64,000 nt of DNA from an uncultured virus (IMG/VR IMGVR_UViG_3300003937_000141) (lineage: Duplodnaviria; Heunggongvirae; Uroviricota; Caudoviricetes). The stretch is taken from the IMG/VR virus record IMGVR_UViG_3300003937_000141; one strand, given 5' to 3'. Shown in pieces: positions 45,405 to 56,600 of this stretch. The notes beneath the pieces were generated by a model, which ran no database searches, was not told the DNA's origin, and saw nothing but the letters and a program-made list of their open reading frames with translations. The position numbers were made by a program, and so were the translations under genes. Every line of letters begins with the position of its first letter. Positions within the stretch are counted from its first letter, which is position 1.

Positions 45405-45617
45405 ATGCCAAAAATGAGAAAGTTTAAATTTACGGATGGAAAAGATTTTAACGAAATAATTGAATCTCTTTCCTTTAAAAAAGCAGTTAAATCTATACAA
45501 AGAAAAATTGATTTAAAGAAAAATCAAGGTTTATTTTGTGAATGGATTACTAAAAAAGGGAAAGAAATAAAAAGTTGGGTTAAAATGCCTATAGGAAGAA
45601 AGAAAAAATTAGACTAG
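45405..45617 (+). CDS. small basic hypothetical protein
   Basis: Late TATAAATA near 45370; GAGG RBS. Confidence 0.7.
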   Translation: MPKMRKFKFTDGKDFNEIIESLSFKKAVKSIQRKIDLKKNQGLFCEWITKKGKEIKSWVKMPIGRKKKLD

Positions 45618-45621
45618 ATAA

Positions 45622-45765
45622 ATGAGATTAGCTAAATCTTACGTAGCACACGTAGGAACATATAAAAGAACATCACAATCACAAAGAAAAAGATCCGTCA
45701 AAAAGTCAAGTATGAATAAGAGTAAAAAAAGATCATATAAACCATACAACGCACAAGGGAGGTAA
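45622..45765 (+). CDS. small basic (putative virion) protein, 47 aa
   Basis: MRLAKSYVAH...SMNKSKKRSYKPYNAQGR. Confidence 0.7.
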   Translation: MRLAKSYVAHVGTYKRTSQSQRKRSVKKSSMNKSKKRSYKPYNAQGR

Positions 45766-45769
45766 CATA

Positions 45770-46069
45770 ATGGCTGTAAGAGAGGGAGATAGTCTTACAA
45801 CAGGACACGCTTGTACTGCAATTACTAAATTAGCAATATCTTTAATAAGAACAGTAAAAGCAAATGGTATTCCTGGTGCTGTTGTAGGCACTCCTACTAT
45901 ATCACATACTGCCCCACCATTACCTGCTTGCCCAGCACACATTATGTTTTTAAATGCAGGATCACCAAATGTTAAGATAGGCGGTATAAATTGGGGACGT
46001 ATAGGTGATAGTGCTGACCTAGGTGCAATGATTTCAGGTTCTTTAAATGTATTAGCAAATGGTAAGTAA
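45770..46069 (+). CDS. PAAR spike-tip protein (gp5.4-like)
   Basis: VREGD..TGHAC, VKANGIP, CPAH, GSPNVKIGG..GRIGD, GSLNV. Confidence 0.9.
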   Translation: MAVREGDSLTTGHACTAITKLAISLIRTVKANGIPGAVVGTPTISHTAPPLPACPAHIMFLNAGSPNVKIGGINWGRIGDSADLGAMISGSLNVLANGK

Positions 46070-46087
46070 TATCTTATAAATATAGGT

Positions 46088-46519
46088 ATGGCTTTCTCAA
46101 ACTATGACGCAACTACAACAAATAAAAGTAAAAGATCAAATCGTATCTATAGCGATTTGAATTTAAGTTTTACTAAAAATCCTGCTACAAAGGATGTTGC
46201 AAGATTATTTGATGTACAAGCAATTAAGAGAGCTGTTAAAAATATTATTTTAACAAACAAATATGAAAGACCTTTTAATTCAGATTTCGGTTGTAATTTA
46301 AGAGGATTTTTATTTGAAAATATAACTGAACCTTTATTGGTACTAATTAAAGATAGAATATCTATGGCAATTGAAAAATATGAGCCAAGAGTTTCAGTTG
46401 AAGATGTTGTTGTTCAGGATGATGAAGAAAATAATGGTTTAAACATTATGGTTTCTTTTATGGTTAATGGTGTTGAACAACCAATCACAGTATCAACGTT
46501 TTTACAAAGAGTAAGATAA
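46088..46519 (+). CDS. gp25: baseplate wedge subunit (T4 gp25-like)
   Basis: YSDLNLSF, AIKRAVKNII, ERPF..FGC, YEPRV. Confidence 0.95.
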   Translation: MAFSNYDATTTNKSKRSNRIYSDLNLSFTKNPATKDVARLFDVQAIKRAVKNIILTNKYERPFNSDFGCNLRGFLFENITEPLLVLIKDRISMAIEKYEPRVSVEDVVVQDDEENNGLNIMVSFMVNGVEQPITVSTFLQRVR

Positions 46520-46520
46520 A

Positions 46521-48377
46521 ATGGCACAACACAGACTAGAGATATCGGAATTAGATTTTGAAAATATAAAAGGTTCACTAAAAAGATTTCTATCAAACCA
46601 AAACGAATTTAAAGATTACGATTTTGAAGGAAGTTCAATAGCAGTTCTATTAGACTTACTTTCTTACAACACTCATTATTTAGCTTACAATGCAAATTTC
46701 GTAGCAAACGAAATGTTTATGGACACAGCACAATTAAGAAGTAGTGTTGCGTCATTAGCTAAATTAGTTGGTTATACACCAAACTCATCCAGAGCACCAG
46801 TCGCTGATTTAAAATTAGTAATCAATGATGGTACAGGTTCTTCAATTACAATTCCTGCAGGTACAAAATGGACATCATCAATAGATGGTCTTACATACAC
46901 GTTTGTTTCCATATCAGACAAAGTTGTACAACCAATTGATGGCGTTTATACTTGCCAAAGTTTAAATGTTTATGAAGGTACCTATGTAACTTACAATTAT
47001 ACAGTTGAAGTAAACGATATAGACCAAAGATTTTTAATACCAAGTGATAGAGCAGATACAACTACAATAAAGGTTGTGATACAAAATAGTATTTCAGACG
47101 TTACACAAAGTACATATACACAAGCAAGTTCAATTACAGAATTAGATAGTACAAGTAAAGTTTATTTTTTACAAGAAGCTGAAGATGGCCAATATGAAAT
47201 ATATTTTGGTGATGGTGTTATAGGTAAAAAATTAAATGATGGTAACATTATTAATATAAGTTATATTGTAACAAACAAAACAGAAGCTAATGCTGCTTCA
47301 ACATTTAATTTATCAGGTTCTATTTCTGGTTTTACAGATGTAACTACAACTATTAATTCAAATGCTCAAGGTGGTGCTGATCCAGAAAGTTTACAAAGTA
47401 TTAAATTTAATGCTCCTAATTTCTATGCGTCACAGGATAGAGCAGTAACAGTAGAAGATTATAAATCAAAAGTAAAACAACTTTATGCTAACACACAATC
47501 AGTTAGTGCTTGGGGTGGTGAAGACGCTGAAACACCATTTTATGGTAGAGTTTATATTTCTATTTTACCAACAAGTGGTTCAAATTTAACAGACGCAACA
47601 AAAGAAAGAATTGTAAAAGATTTAAAAAAATATTCAGTTGCTTCAGTTACTCCAGTAATTATTGATTCTGAAACTACAAATATATTATTAACATCAACAG
47701 TTAAGTTTGATGAAACAAGTACACCAAAAACTGCTGACACTTTAAAATCAAATGTTGTTACAACATTAACAGATTATAATACAAATACTTTACAATCTTT
47801 TGATACAATTTTTAGATACTCAAAACTTTCCAGTTTAATAGACGATACAGACGAAAGTATTTTATCAAATATCACAACAGTTCAATTAAGAAAATCTTTT
47901 TTACCAACAATTGGAACTTCTACAAAATATACAATTAACTTTGCAAACTCATTATACAATCCACATTCAGGACATAATGCAACAGCAGGTGGTATAGTAA
48001 GTTCAACAGGATTTAAAATAGAAGGCGATACTACAAACATTTGGTATTTGGATGATGATGGTGAAGGTAATATAAGAAGATATAGACAAGACGGCTCTGT
48101 TAGAGCATATGGTACTAGTACACAAGGTTCAATTAATTATTCAACAGGACTAGTTGAGGTAAATTCTTTAAATGTTTCTAATATAGAAAATGTTAGAGGT
48201 GTGGCTTCAACAGTTATAGAGATTACAGTAAAACCACAATCAAATGATATAGTACCTATCCGAAATCAAATATTAGAAATGGATATAGCAAATAGTACAG
48301 TCACAGTTGAGGCTGATGCTCTAGTAGGAGGCTCAGCAAACGCTGGTATAGGATATACCACAACAAGTAGTTACTAA
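46521..48377 (+). CDS. gp6: baseplate wedge subunit (T4 gp6-like)
   Basis: LDFENIK, FKDYDFEGS, YNTHY, FGDGVIG, QDRAVTVEDY, WGGED. Confidence 0.95.
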   Translation: MAQHRLEISELDFENIKGSLKRFLSNQNEFKDYDFEGSSIAVLLDLLSYNTHYLAYNANFVANEMFMDTAQLRSSVASLAKLVGYTPNSSRAPVADLKLVINDGTGSSITIPAGTKWTSSIDGLTYTFVSISDKVVQPIDGVYTCQSLNVYEGTYVTYNYTVEVNDIDQRFLIPSDRADTTTIKVVIQNSISDVTQSTYTQASSITELDSTSKVYFLQEAEDGQYEIYFGDGVIGKKLNDGNIINISYIVTNKTEANAASTFNLSGSISGFTDVTTTINSNAQGGADPESLQSIKFNAPNFYASQDRAVTVEDYKSKVKQLYANTQSVSAWGGEDAETPFYGRVYISILPTSGSNLTDATKERIVKDLKKYSVASVTPVIIDSETTNILLTSTVKFDETSTPKTADTLKSNVVTTLTDYNTNTLQSFDTIFRYSKLSSLIDDTDESILSNITTVQLRKSFLPTIGTSTKYTINFANSLYNPHSGHNATAGGIVSSTGFKIEGDTTNIWYLDDDGEGNIRRYRQDGSVRAYGTSTQGSINYSTGLVEVNSLNVSNIENVRGVASTVIEITVKPQSNDIVPIRNQILEMDIANSTVTVEADALVGGSANAGIGYTTTSSY

Positions 48378-48381
48378 TGAG

Positions 48382-50976
48382 ATGGCCAACTTTAAAGAGA
48401 AATTATCAAACCTTTTAACTTCACAAGTACCTGATTTTGTACTTGAAGATCACCCATTATTTTTAGATTTTGTAAAAGCATATTATCAACTATTAGAATC
48501 AGCAGAAATTACATTAACTAATATTGGTGATCCTGACCATTTAATATTAGAAGGTTCTACAGGTAGTACAATATTATTAGATGGTTCAAATGTAAAATAT
48601 GATGACAATGGTGATAGAATACTTTTAGAAGATACAAGTTATGGTGATTTTATAAATGGTGAAACAATTACTGGTGCTACATCTGGTGCAACTGCTATAG
48701 TTTTAGTAGAAGATGTTGATAGTGGTGCTCGTTTATTCGTTACACATCAAAACAAATTTATAGAAGGTGAATTAATTACAGGAGCAGCTTCAAGCGCTCA
48801 GGCAACTATAGGAAAATATAGAGCCAATCCAGTACAAAACATACAACAACTTTTAGATTATGCTGATGTAGATAAAACTATTTCAGCTTTCTTAACTAAA
48901 TTTAGAAATTCTTTTTTAACTTCTATACCAGATACTTTACATTCTAGTATTGAAAAAGAACAATTAATTAAAAATGTTAAAACACTATATCAATCAAAAG
49001 GTACAAAACGTGCAAGTGAAATATTTTTTAAATTATTATTCAATGAAACAGCAGAAATAAGATATCCCAAAGATAGTATTTGGAGAGCTTCTGATGGTAA
49101 ATGGGATACAAGAAAAATATTACGTTGTTTAGAATTAGGAACTTCAGACGCTTCCAATCTTGTTGGTCAGACAATTACTCAAGCAAATGATCCGTCCGAT
49201 ACAGGTGTAAATGAAGCTACTGCTATTGTTGAAGATGTATATAAGTTTATTATTGGTGGCACTACAGTTACAGAATTAGTATTAGGAGATGAATCTGTTA
49301 CTGGTACATTTATAGCTGACCAAACTATAACAGGTATAGATAATACAGATTTAGACGTTTTAGTTTCATTGTCTGTTTCTTCTATCATTAATAATAAAAC
49401 AATTTCAACTGATGGTACATTATATAGTGAAGATGATAATATAACTTTGAGTGGTGGTGGTACAGGTGGAACTTTAAAAGTAGGAACAATAGGTCCAGGT
49501 TCAATAGACGAAGTAATTGTAAATAGTGGTGGTAGTGGTTATGCTGTAGGTGATGTTGTAAATTTTGGATCAGGTAATGCAGCTGCAAAAGTTTCAGTTG
49601 TAAGTGGTGGTGTTACACTTGAAAGTGGTACAGGTACTGGTCAACTAGTTTTAGAAGATGAAACAGGTAAAGAAGATCAATATTTTGGCGATAAGGTTGT
49701 ACAAGAAAGTGGTACAGGTAATGCTGATATAACAGATATTAGAATGATAGATATTGGTAATGGTTATACCTCTTTACCAGCTTTAACAGTTACCTCATCA
49801 GGAGGAACAGGTGCAAAACTTTTAGCATATGGTTCAGAAATTGGTCGTGCATTAACAATAAATGTAATTGAGTCTGGATATAATTATCAACAAAGTCCAG
49901 CACCAACAATTGTTTTACCAACGTATATTTTATATACAGCCCTTTCAGGAGGATTTACAGCTTTAGAAACAGTTACAGGTGGAACAAGTAGCAAAACTGC
50001 AACAGTAGTATCAATAGACACAGATTTAAATATTTTAAAACTTAAAAACGCAAGTGGCGCCTTTACACAAGGAGAAACAATAACTGGTAGTGGTGGTGGA
50101 ACAATTTCTGCAACAAGATTAGAACAAGCAACTGGTACAGTATCCATATCACCAGTTGTAACTACAGATGGTAGTTTCATTAATGAAGATGGTTTTTTAT
50201 CTGATAACGCAATGAAAGTACAGGATAGTTTAAAGTACCAAGATTATTCATATATTATAAAAGTAGGTAGATCAATTAATGAATGGAGAGATAGTTATAT
50301 TAAAACTTTACACTCTGCTGGTTTTTATTTTCAAGGTGAGATTACAATTGAAACACAATTGGATGCTCAGATTAAAAGAATAACAGGAATGAACTCTGGT
50401 ATAACAGAAATAATAAAATCTGTTATTACAAGAATGTACTCAAAACTTATTGGTCGTAGATTAGGAACTGAAACAGACGGTACTAGTTTAAGATCAAATG
50501 CTAATGCTGTTGTTTCTGCTGATTTTGATACAGATACAATTACACAATTTGATAGAACAACAAGAGATTTAACTTTAAAATCGCCAGCAATAGGAATAGA
50601 TTATGTAAGTAGAGTTAGAAGAAACATACAACCTGCGTCTGGTAATGCAATAAATGTAAGACAAGGTTTTGCATATGCTGGGCCAAGATTTGGTGTATTA
50701 AATAAATTTATTAATACTGCATTTGGTATTACTGCAAACAATACTTTTAGTAAAAGTGGTATAACGTTTGCTGTATTAAGTGGTATCAAAGTACAAGGCA
50801 CAAGAACATCATTAGATGGTTCAAATGCTATATTTTTGATGACTTCTTCAGAGGATGGAAGAAAACTTAAAACCAATTTTACAATACCTGCACAAGTAGG
50901 TGAAATAAATCAAAATTCTATGGATGAAACTATTACGTCTATGGATAGCACAAATGTTTCAATGGATGCAGGATAA
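48382..50976 (+). CDS. gp7: baseplate wedge initiator (gp7-like)
   Basis: QVPDFV..DHPLF..FVKAYY, YQSKGT, SDGKW, QDSLKYQDYSYIIK, LHSAG. Confidence 0.8.
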   Translation: MANFKEKLSNLLTSQVPDFVLEDHPLFLDFVKAYYQLLESAEITLTNIGDPDHLILEGSTGSTILLDGSNVKYDDNGDRILLEDTSYGDFINGETITGATSGATAIVLVEDVDSGARLFVTHQNKFIEGELITGAASSAQATIGKYRANPVQNIQQLLDYADVDKTISAFLTKFRNSFLTSIPDTLHSSIEKEQLIKNVKTLYQSKGTKRASEIFFKLLFNETAEIRYPKDSIWRASDGKWDTRKILRCLELGTSDASNLVGQTITQANDPSDTGVNEATAIVEDVYKFIIGGTTVTELVLGDESVTGTFIADQTITGIDNTDLDVLVSLSVSSIINNKTISTDGTLYSEDDNITLSGGGTGGTLKVGTIGPGSIDEVIVNSGGSGYAVGDVVNFGSGNAAAKVSVVSGGVTLESGTGTGQLVLEDETGKEDQYFGDKVVQESGTGNADITDIRMIDIGNGYTSLPALTVTSSGGTGAKLLAYGSEIGRALTINVIESGYNYQQSPAPTIVLPTYILYTALSGGFTALETVTGGTSSKTATVVSIDTDLNILKLKNASGAFTQGETITGSGGGTISATRLEQATGTVSISPVVTTDGSFINEDGFLSDNAMKVQDSLKYQDYSYIIKVGRSINEWRDSYIKTLHSAGFYFQGEITIETQLDAQIKRITGMNSGITEIIKSVITRMYSKLIGRRLGTETDGTSLRSNANAVVSADFDTDTITQFDRTTRDLTLKSPAIGIDYVSRVRRNIQPASGNAINVRQGFAYAGPRFGVLNKFINTAFGITANNTFSKSGITFAVLSGIKVQGTRTSLDGSNAIFLMTSSEDGRKLKTNFTIPAQVGEINQNSMDETITSMDSTNVSMDAG

Positions 50977-50999
50977 TATATAAATAGTAAGAGAGAGAT

Positions 51000-52106
51000 A
51001 TGACAAAACAAGTAATAGACATAGGATCAGTAGCAAACGACGGAACAGGTAGTACTTTACGTGCGGCTGGCGATTTAGTTAACGATAATTTTAATGAAAT
51101 CTACACAGCAATTGGTGATGGCACTACTTTAACGAGTGGTTATATTACTGCAACAAGTACAACTACATTAACAAATAAATCACTAGATTTAGGCACTAAT
51201 ACTTTCACAGGTTCATTAGCTGAATTTAATACAGCTTTGCAAAGTGATAGCTTCGTTAGTTTAACAGGATCTGAAACACTTACAAATAAGACTTTAACAA
51301 CACCAACAATTGCAGAAATAGATTCAGGTGCTGATATTATGCTTGACGCAACTGGCGATATTTTTTTAGACGCAGGTGGTAAAGATATTATTTTTAGATA
51401 TGACGGAGCTCAATTTGCTCTATTTACATCTTCAGGTGGTAACTTATTACTTCAATCAGGAACAACAACTGCAATAACTTTTACTGGTGCAAATGCTGCT
51501 TTTGCAGGTGATATATCTGCTGCTGGTGATCTTACGATTACAGGTGATTTAACAGTTAATGGAACAACAACTACTGTCAACTCTACAAATACTACTTTAG
51601 ATGATAACTTATTAGAATTAAATAGTGGTGCTGGTTCAAATGCAAATGATACTGGTATTATTATGGAAAGAGGTTCTACTGGAGATAATGCAATTGTAGC
51701 CTGGGACGAGTCAGCAGACAAGTTCATTATGGGAACTACAACTGCAACTGCTTCAGATACAGGAAATCTCTCAATTACTGCAGCTACATTAGTTGCAAAT
51801 TTAGAAGGTACAGTAACAGGTAATGTTACTGGAAACGTATCAGGTAGTTCAGGATCAACAACAGGAAATGCCGCAACAGCAACATTAGCTACAGACGCAA
51901 CAGGATTAGCAACAGGTCGTACACTTGCAATGACAGGAGATGTTGTATGGAATTCAGGAAGTTTTGACGGAACAGCAAATGTAACTGCAGCTGCAACAAT
52001 ACAAGCGGGAGTCATCAGCTCAACTGAATTGGCTAGTGCTGTACAATTGGATATCGTAGATTCAAGTGGATCAACGGTAAAGACAATATTTGGTGCAGGA
52101 AATTAA
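51000..52106 (+). CDS. virion fibre/baseplate protein with gp9/gp10-like N-terminus
   Basis: KQVIDIGSVANDGTGSTLR...NDNFNEIY; TLTNKTL repeats; GDLTVNGTTTTVNS; late TATAAATA upstream. Confidence 0.8.
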   Translation: MTKQVIDIGSVANDGTGSTLRAAGDLVNDNFNEIYTAIGDGTTLTSGYITATSTTTLTNKSLDLGTNTFTGSLAEFNTALQSDSFVSLTGSETLTNKTLTTPTIAEIDSGADIMLDATGDIFLDAGGKDIIFRYDGAQFALFTSSGGNLLLQSGTTTAITFTGANAAFAGDISAAGDLTITGDLTVNGTTTTVNSTNTTLDDNLLELNSGAGSNANDTGIIMERGSTGDNAIVAWDESADKFIMGTTTATASDTGNLSITAATLVANLEGTVTGNVTGNVSGSSGSTTGNAATATLATDATGLATGRTLAMTGDVVWNSGSFDGTANVTAAATIQAGVISSTELASAVQLDIVDSSGSTVKTIFGAGN

Positions 52107-52143
52107 ACAAAAATGATTATAAATATAATTAAGGAATAGAAAA

Positions 52144-53640
52144 ATGCCAGCAATAATAACAAACAAATTTAGAATGAACAACGCTGAACAATTTGAGGAA
52201 TCATTTTCAGAGGCGACCCCAACAGTTTACTACTTAGGAATAGGTAGAGCACAACCATTTGGTACTTTAACAAGACCAGACGGTAGAACAGATTACGAAG
52301 GTACAGAAACAACACCTACTACACCAGGAGATAGTGTATTAAATGAATTTAAAAACTATGATGATTTATTAGCCGCTAAGAAAATTACAAGTTCAGGTGT
52401 TAGTTATGTAATACCAAGAAGAAATTGGACAACAGGAACTACATACGATATATACAGACACGATTATGAGGAGTATATAACAGGAAGTACTTCAACAAAA
52501 CAAACAGGTAATAGTGGTGCAACAACTTTGTTTGACTCAACTTTTTATGTACTAACTTCAGACAGAAATGTTTATAAATGTTTAGACAACGCAGGTAACG
52601 CTACTTCAACAGATGAGCCAACAGGTACTTCAACTTCAGTTATAACAACTTCAGATAGTTATAAATGGAAGTATATGTACACTTTATCAGCTGCACAACA
52701 AGCAAACTTTTTATCAACTGACTTTATGGCAGTTGGAACAGATTCAACTGTTTCAGCAGCTGCTGTTGATGGTGCTTTAGATATAGTAAAAATTAAAGCT
52801 GCAGGTTCAAGTTATACAGTTTCAGGTGGTGCAACATCAGGAACAATTACTGCTGTCCCTATAAGAGGAGACGGTTCAAGTGGTGTATGTTCAGTTGTAC
52901 TCACTTCAGGTGCCATTTCAGCTGTTACAGTAACAACTGCTGGAACAGGTTATACATCTGGTTATATTAGAAACGCTGATATTATTGCAGCTACAAATGC
53001 TGGCGGTGCAGGATCAGGTGCTGAATTAGATGTAATTATTTCACCAAAAGGTGGACACGGTTTTAATTCTGTAGAAGAATTAGGTGGATTTTTTGTAATG
53101 TTAAATACTTCTTTAGAAGGAACAGAAAGTTCAAACACAGGTGACTTTACAGCCGCAAATGATTTTAGAAAGATTACTTTAATTAAAAATCCTAACAACG
53201 CAGCTGGTTCAGCTGCTTCTGCAACTACATTAAGAGGAACTTACGCTGTTAAGATTAATACCTCTCCAACTCCAGGCACATTTACTGCTGATGAAGAAAT
53301 TAATCAGGCAACAACTGGTGCTGTTGGTAAAGTAGTTGAATGGGATGCTACTAACAAAATTTTATATTATGTTCAGACAAGGCATAATGACGCTGGTGCT
53401 GATACTAATGGAAACGTTACTGCCTTATCAGGTGCGAATGTAATTACAGGACAAAGTTCAACTGCGACAGGTACTCCTGACGCTTCAACTCAAACTGTAA
53501 ACAATGTTGCCTTTACTTCAGGATATGCACAACCAGAATTAGCACACGACTCTGGTGAAATCTTATATGTTGAAAATAGAACAAAGATCGCAAGAGCAAC
53601 TGACCAGACAGAAAATATAAAATTAATAATTGAGTTTTAA
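52144..53640 (+). CDS. gp8: baseplate wedge subunit (T4 gp8-like)
   Basis: MPAIITNKFR, IPRRNW, VYKCLDN, YKWKYMY, PKGGHG, YVENR..DQTENIKLIIEF. Confidence 0.93.
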   Translation: MPAIITNKFRMNNAEQFEESFSEATPTVYYLGIGRAQPFGTLTRPDGRTDYEGTETTPTTPGDSVLNEFKNYDDLLAAKKITSSGVSYVIPRRNWTTGTTYDIYRHDYEEYITGSTSTKQTGNSGATTLFDSTFYVLTSDRNVYKCLDNAGNATSTDEPTGTSTSVITTSDSYKWKYMYTLSAAQQANFLSTDFMAVGTDSTVSAAAVDGALDIVKIKAAGSSYTVSGGATSGTITAVPIRGDGSSGVCSVVLTSGAISAVTVTTAGTGYTSGYIRNADIIAATNAGGAGSGAELDVIISPKGGHGFNSVEELGGFFVMLNTSLEGTESSNTGDFTAANDFRKITLIKNPNNAAGSAASATTLRGTYAVKINTSPTPGTFTADEEINQATTGAVGKVVEWDATNKILYYVQTRHNDAGADTNGNVTALSGANVITGQSSTATGTPDASTQTVNNVAFTSGYAQPELAHDSGEILYVENRTKIARATDQTENIKLIIEF

Positions 53641-53656
53641 AGAATAGAGGAGAAAA

Positions 53657-56600
53657 ATGCCAAGTCCAACTGATTTTAATGTCAGTCCTTACTATGACGA
53701 TTTTACAGAGTCGAAAAAGTTTCATCGGATTCTTTTTAGACCTGCGTTTGCTGTACAGGCTAGAGAATTAACTCAATCACAAACTCAAATACAGAATCAA
53801 ATAGAAAGTTTATCTGATCACCTTTTTGATAAAGGTGCAATGATTATTCCAGGTGAAATTGGATATGATTTAAATTATTATGCTGTTAAATTAACATCTA
53901 AATCTGCTTCAACTTTAACCGATTATGTTGACACTACACTAACAGGTGGCACTTCAGGTGTTACTGCAAAAGTTGTAAATGCTGTTGTAACTGATGGTAC
54001 TGATCCAGATACATTATTTGTAAAATATATGAACACCGCTTCAGACGGTTCTACAATATCTTTTACTAATGGTGAAACATTAACATCTGATGGTTCTGGC
54101 AATCCAACAGTAGTTGTTGCTTCAACTGCAACAGGTTCAGCTGCACAAATTAAACAAGGTATCTATTACATTAATGGTTATCACGTTCAAGTATCTGCAC
54201 AAACATTAATACTTGACAAATATTCATCAACACCAAGTTATAGAGTAGGTTTAACAGTAACAGAATCTTTTGTTACTCCAGGTGATGACACTACTCTTAA
54301 CGATAATGCTCAAGGGGTTTCAAACACAAATGCTCCTGGTGCTCATAGATTTAAAATATTATTAACACTTGCTAAAAAAGCATTAAACAGTACTGAAGAT
54401 AGTAATTTTTATGAATTATTAAGACTATCTAGTGGTGTTTTACAAAATCAAGTTAGAACAACTGATTATGCTGTATTAGAAGACACATTGGCTCGTAGAA
54501 CATTTGACGAGTCTGGTGATTATGTTGTTAGACCATTTGATATAGATGTTAGAGAACATTTAATATCTGGAACAAATAGAGGAATTTATACAGGTGGACA
54601 AGGTGGTGACGCTACTAAACTTGCAGTAGGATTTTCTCCAGGAAAAGCATACGTAAAAGGTTATGAAATTAATACTATATCTACAACATATGTTGATGTA
54701 GATAAGGCTAGAGATTATGATACACAAGGTAATTTTAATACAAGATTTGATGTAGGTAACTTTGTAAATGTAACAAACGTTTATGGTTCTCCAGACATTG
54801 TTACTGCTTCAGGTGTTGAGGCATTTAAAGGTTTAACATTACACAATACAGCAACAAGTTCTCGTGGTACTGCAAACGCAGGAGCAAATTCAAACATAAC
54901 AACAATTGGTAGAGCAAAAACTAGAGGCTTTGAATATTCTTCTGGTACTGCTACGGGTAATATTTTTTCAAATGCAAGTATAACAAGTGCTGTTTATAAA
55001 CACCATCTTTTTGATGTTGTTTTATTTACACACTTAAATATTACAACTGCTCAAGCATATTCAGATGGTGTAACTATAACTGGTGGCACTTCAGGTGCTA
55101 CAGGTATTGTACAAGAATCTTCTACTGTAGAAAGTGCTACAATTACTGGTGCAACGGCAGCTAATCCTGTAGTTGTAACAGCTACAAATAAATTTAAAGA
55201 AGGTCAACAAATTACTATTACTGGTGTTGCTGGTATGACAGAATTAAATGGTAACGTTTATACAGTCAGAAATCCAACCTCATCAAACTTCCAATTATAC
55301 GATACAGATGGAACTTCATCAATTAATGGTGGAAGTTATTCAGCATGGTCTAGTTCTTCTGGTGTTGCTACACACGGTGTTGTTATATTATCAAATGTAC
55401 AAGGTATATTCCAAGCAAGTGAATCAATTACAGATGGTTCTAGTGCTTCAACTATTCAAGCAAACGCTGTTGGATTAAAAGGTGTTACTACACACGATAT
55501 ATCTTCAGTAAAACAAATTGCAATGGCAGGAAGTCCAACATTTACTGCTGATACATCATTAGACGCTACAAGTGGTGACAATGCTACTTTAACTGGTACA
55601 TTATCAATTGCAAATAGTGGTACAGCTGTCACAGGTTTCAATACAAGATTTACAGACGAATTAAGAGTTGGAGATTCAATTTCATTTACAACGGATGCTG
55701 GGAGTTCTCTTACAAAAATTGTAGAAGCTATTATTAGTAATAGTTCTATCTCATTATTAGCTGCTGTAGGTGGTTCAGACGTATCAACAAAAACAATTGC
55801 TACAAGACGAAGAGCAAAAATGCAATCGCCTGAAAAAAATGTTTCTATATTTAAATTGCCATATGAAAATATTAAAACATTAAAAACTACTGCAAACAGT
55901 AATGTTTCAGATACAACTTATTCATTTAGAAAACACTCAATTACAACACTTACTGGAGATGGTATTGCTACTTTCTCTGCTGGTGTCAATGAAACTTTTG
56001 CTGATTTATCTGAAGGAGATTATACAATATCAATAACAAGTACAGGTGGTGGTGGAACAGGTGCTGTTGGAGATGTATTAAGTTTAACAGGTAACAACCA
56101 CGAAAGTTCTGCTATATTTGCATTGAACGGTGCTAAAACAACTTTAACTTTAGACTTTGGTGCCAACTATGCTGGACACGATATTAAAGCATTAGTAACA
56201 TTGCACAAAACAGTAGGTACTTCAAAAACAAAAACATTAAATGCAGCTTCAACTGTTGCAATTTCAACTCAAGCTACAATTGTAAGTGGCACTATTGGAT
56301 TAGCTAAGGCTGATGTTAAACAAATAAACAATGTTTATATGGCTGCTGACTTTAGTACTGCTGCTGATACATCTGATACAGATATTTCAAGTAGATTTGA
56401 ATTAGATACAGGACAAAGAGATAACTTCTATGATATTGGAAGAATTAAATTAAAAACTGGTGAATTAACACCAACAGGTAGATTACTAGTTAACTTTGAT
56501 TATTACTCTCATAGTTCAGGAGATTATTTTGATGTTGATTCATATTCAGCAATAAGTTATACAGATATTCCTGCTTATACTTCATCTAATACAGGTGTTA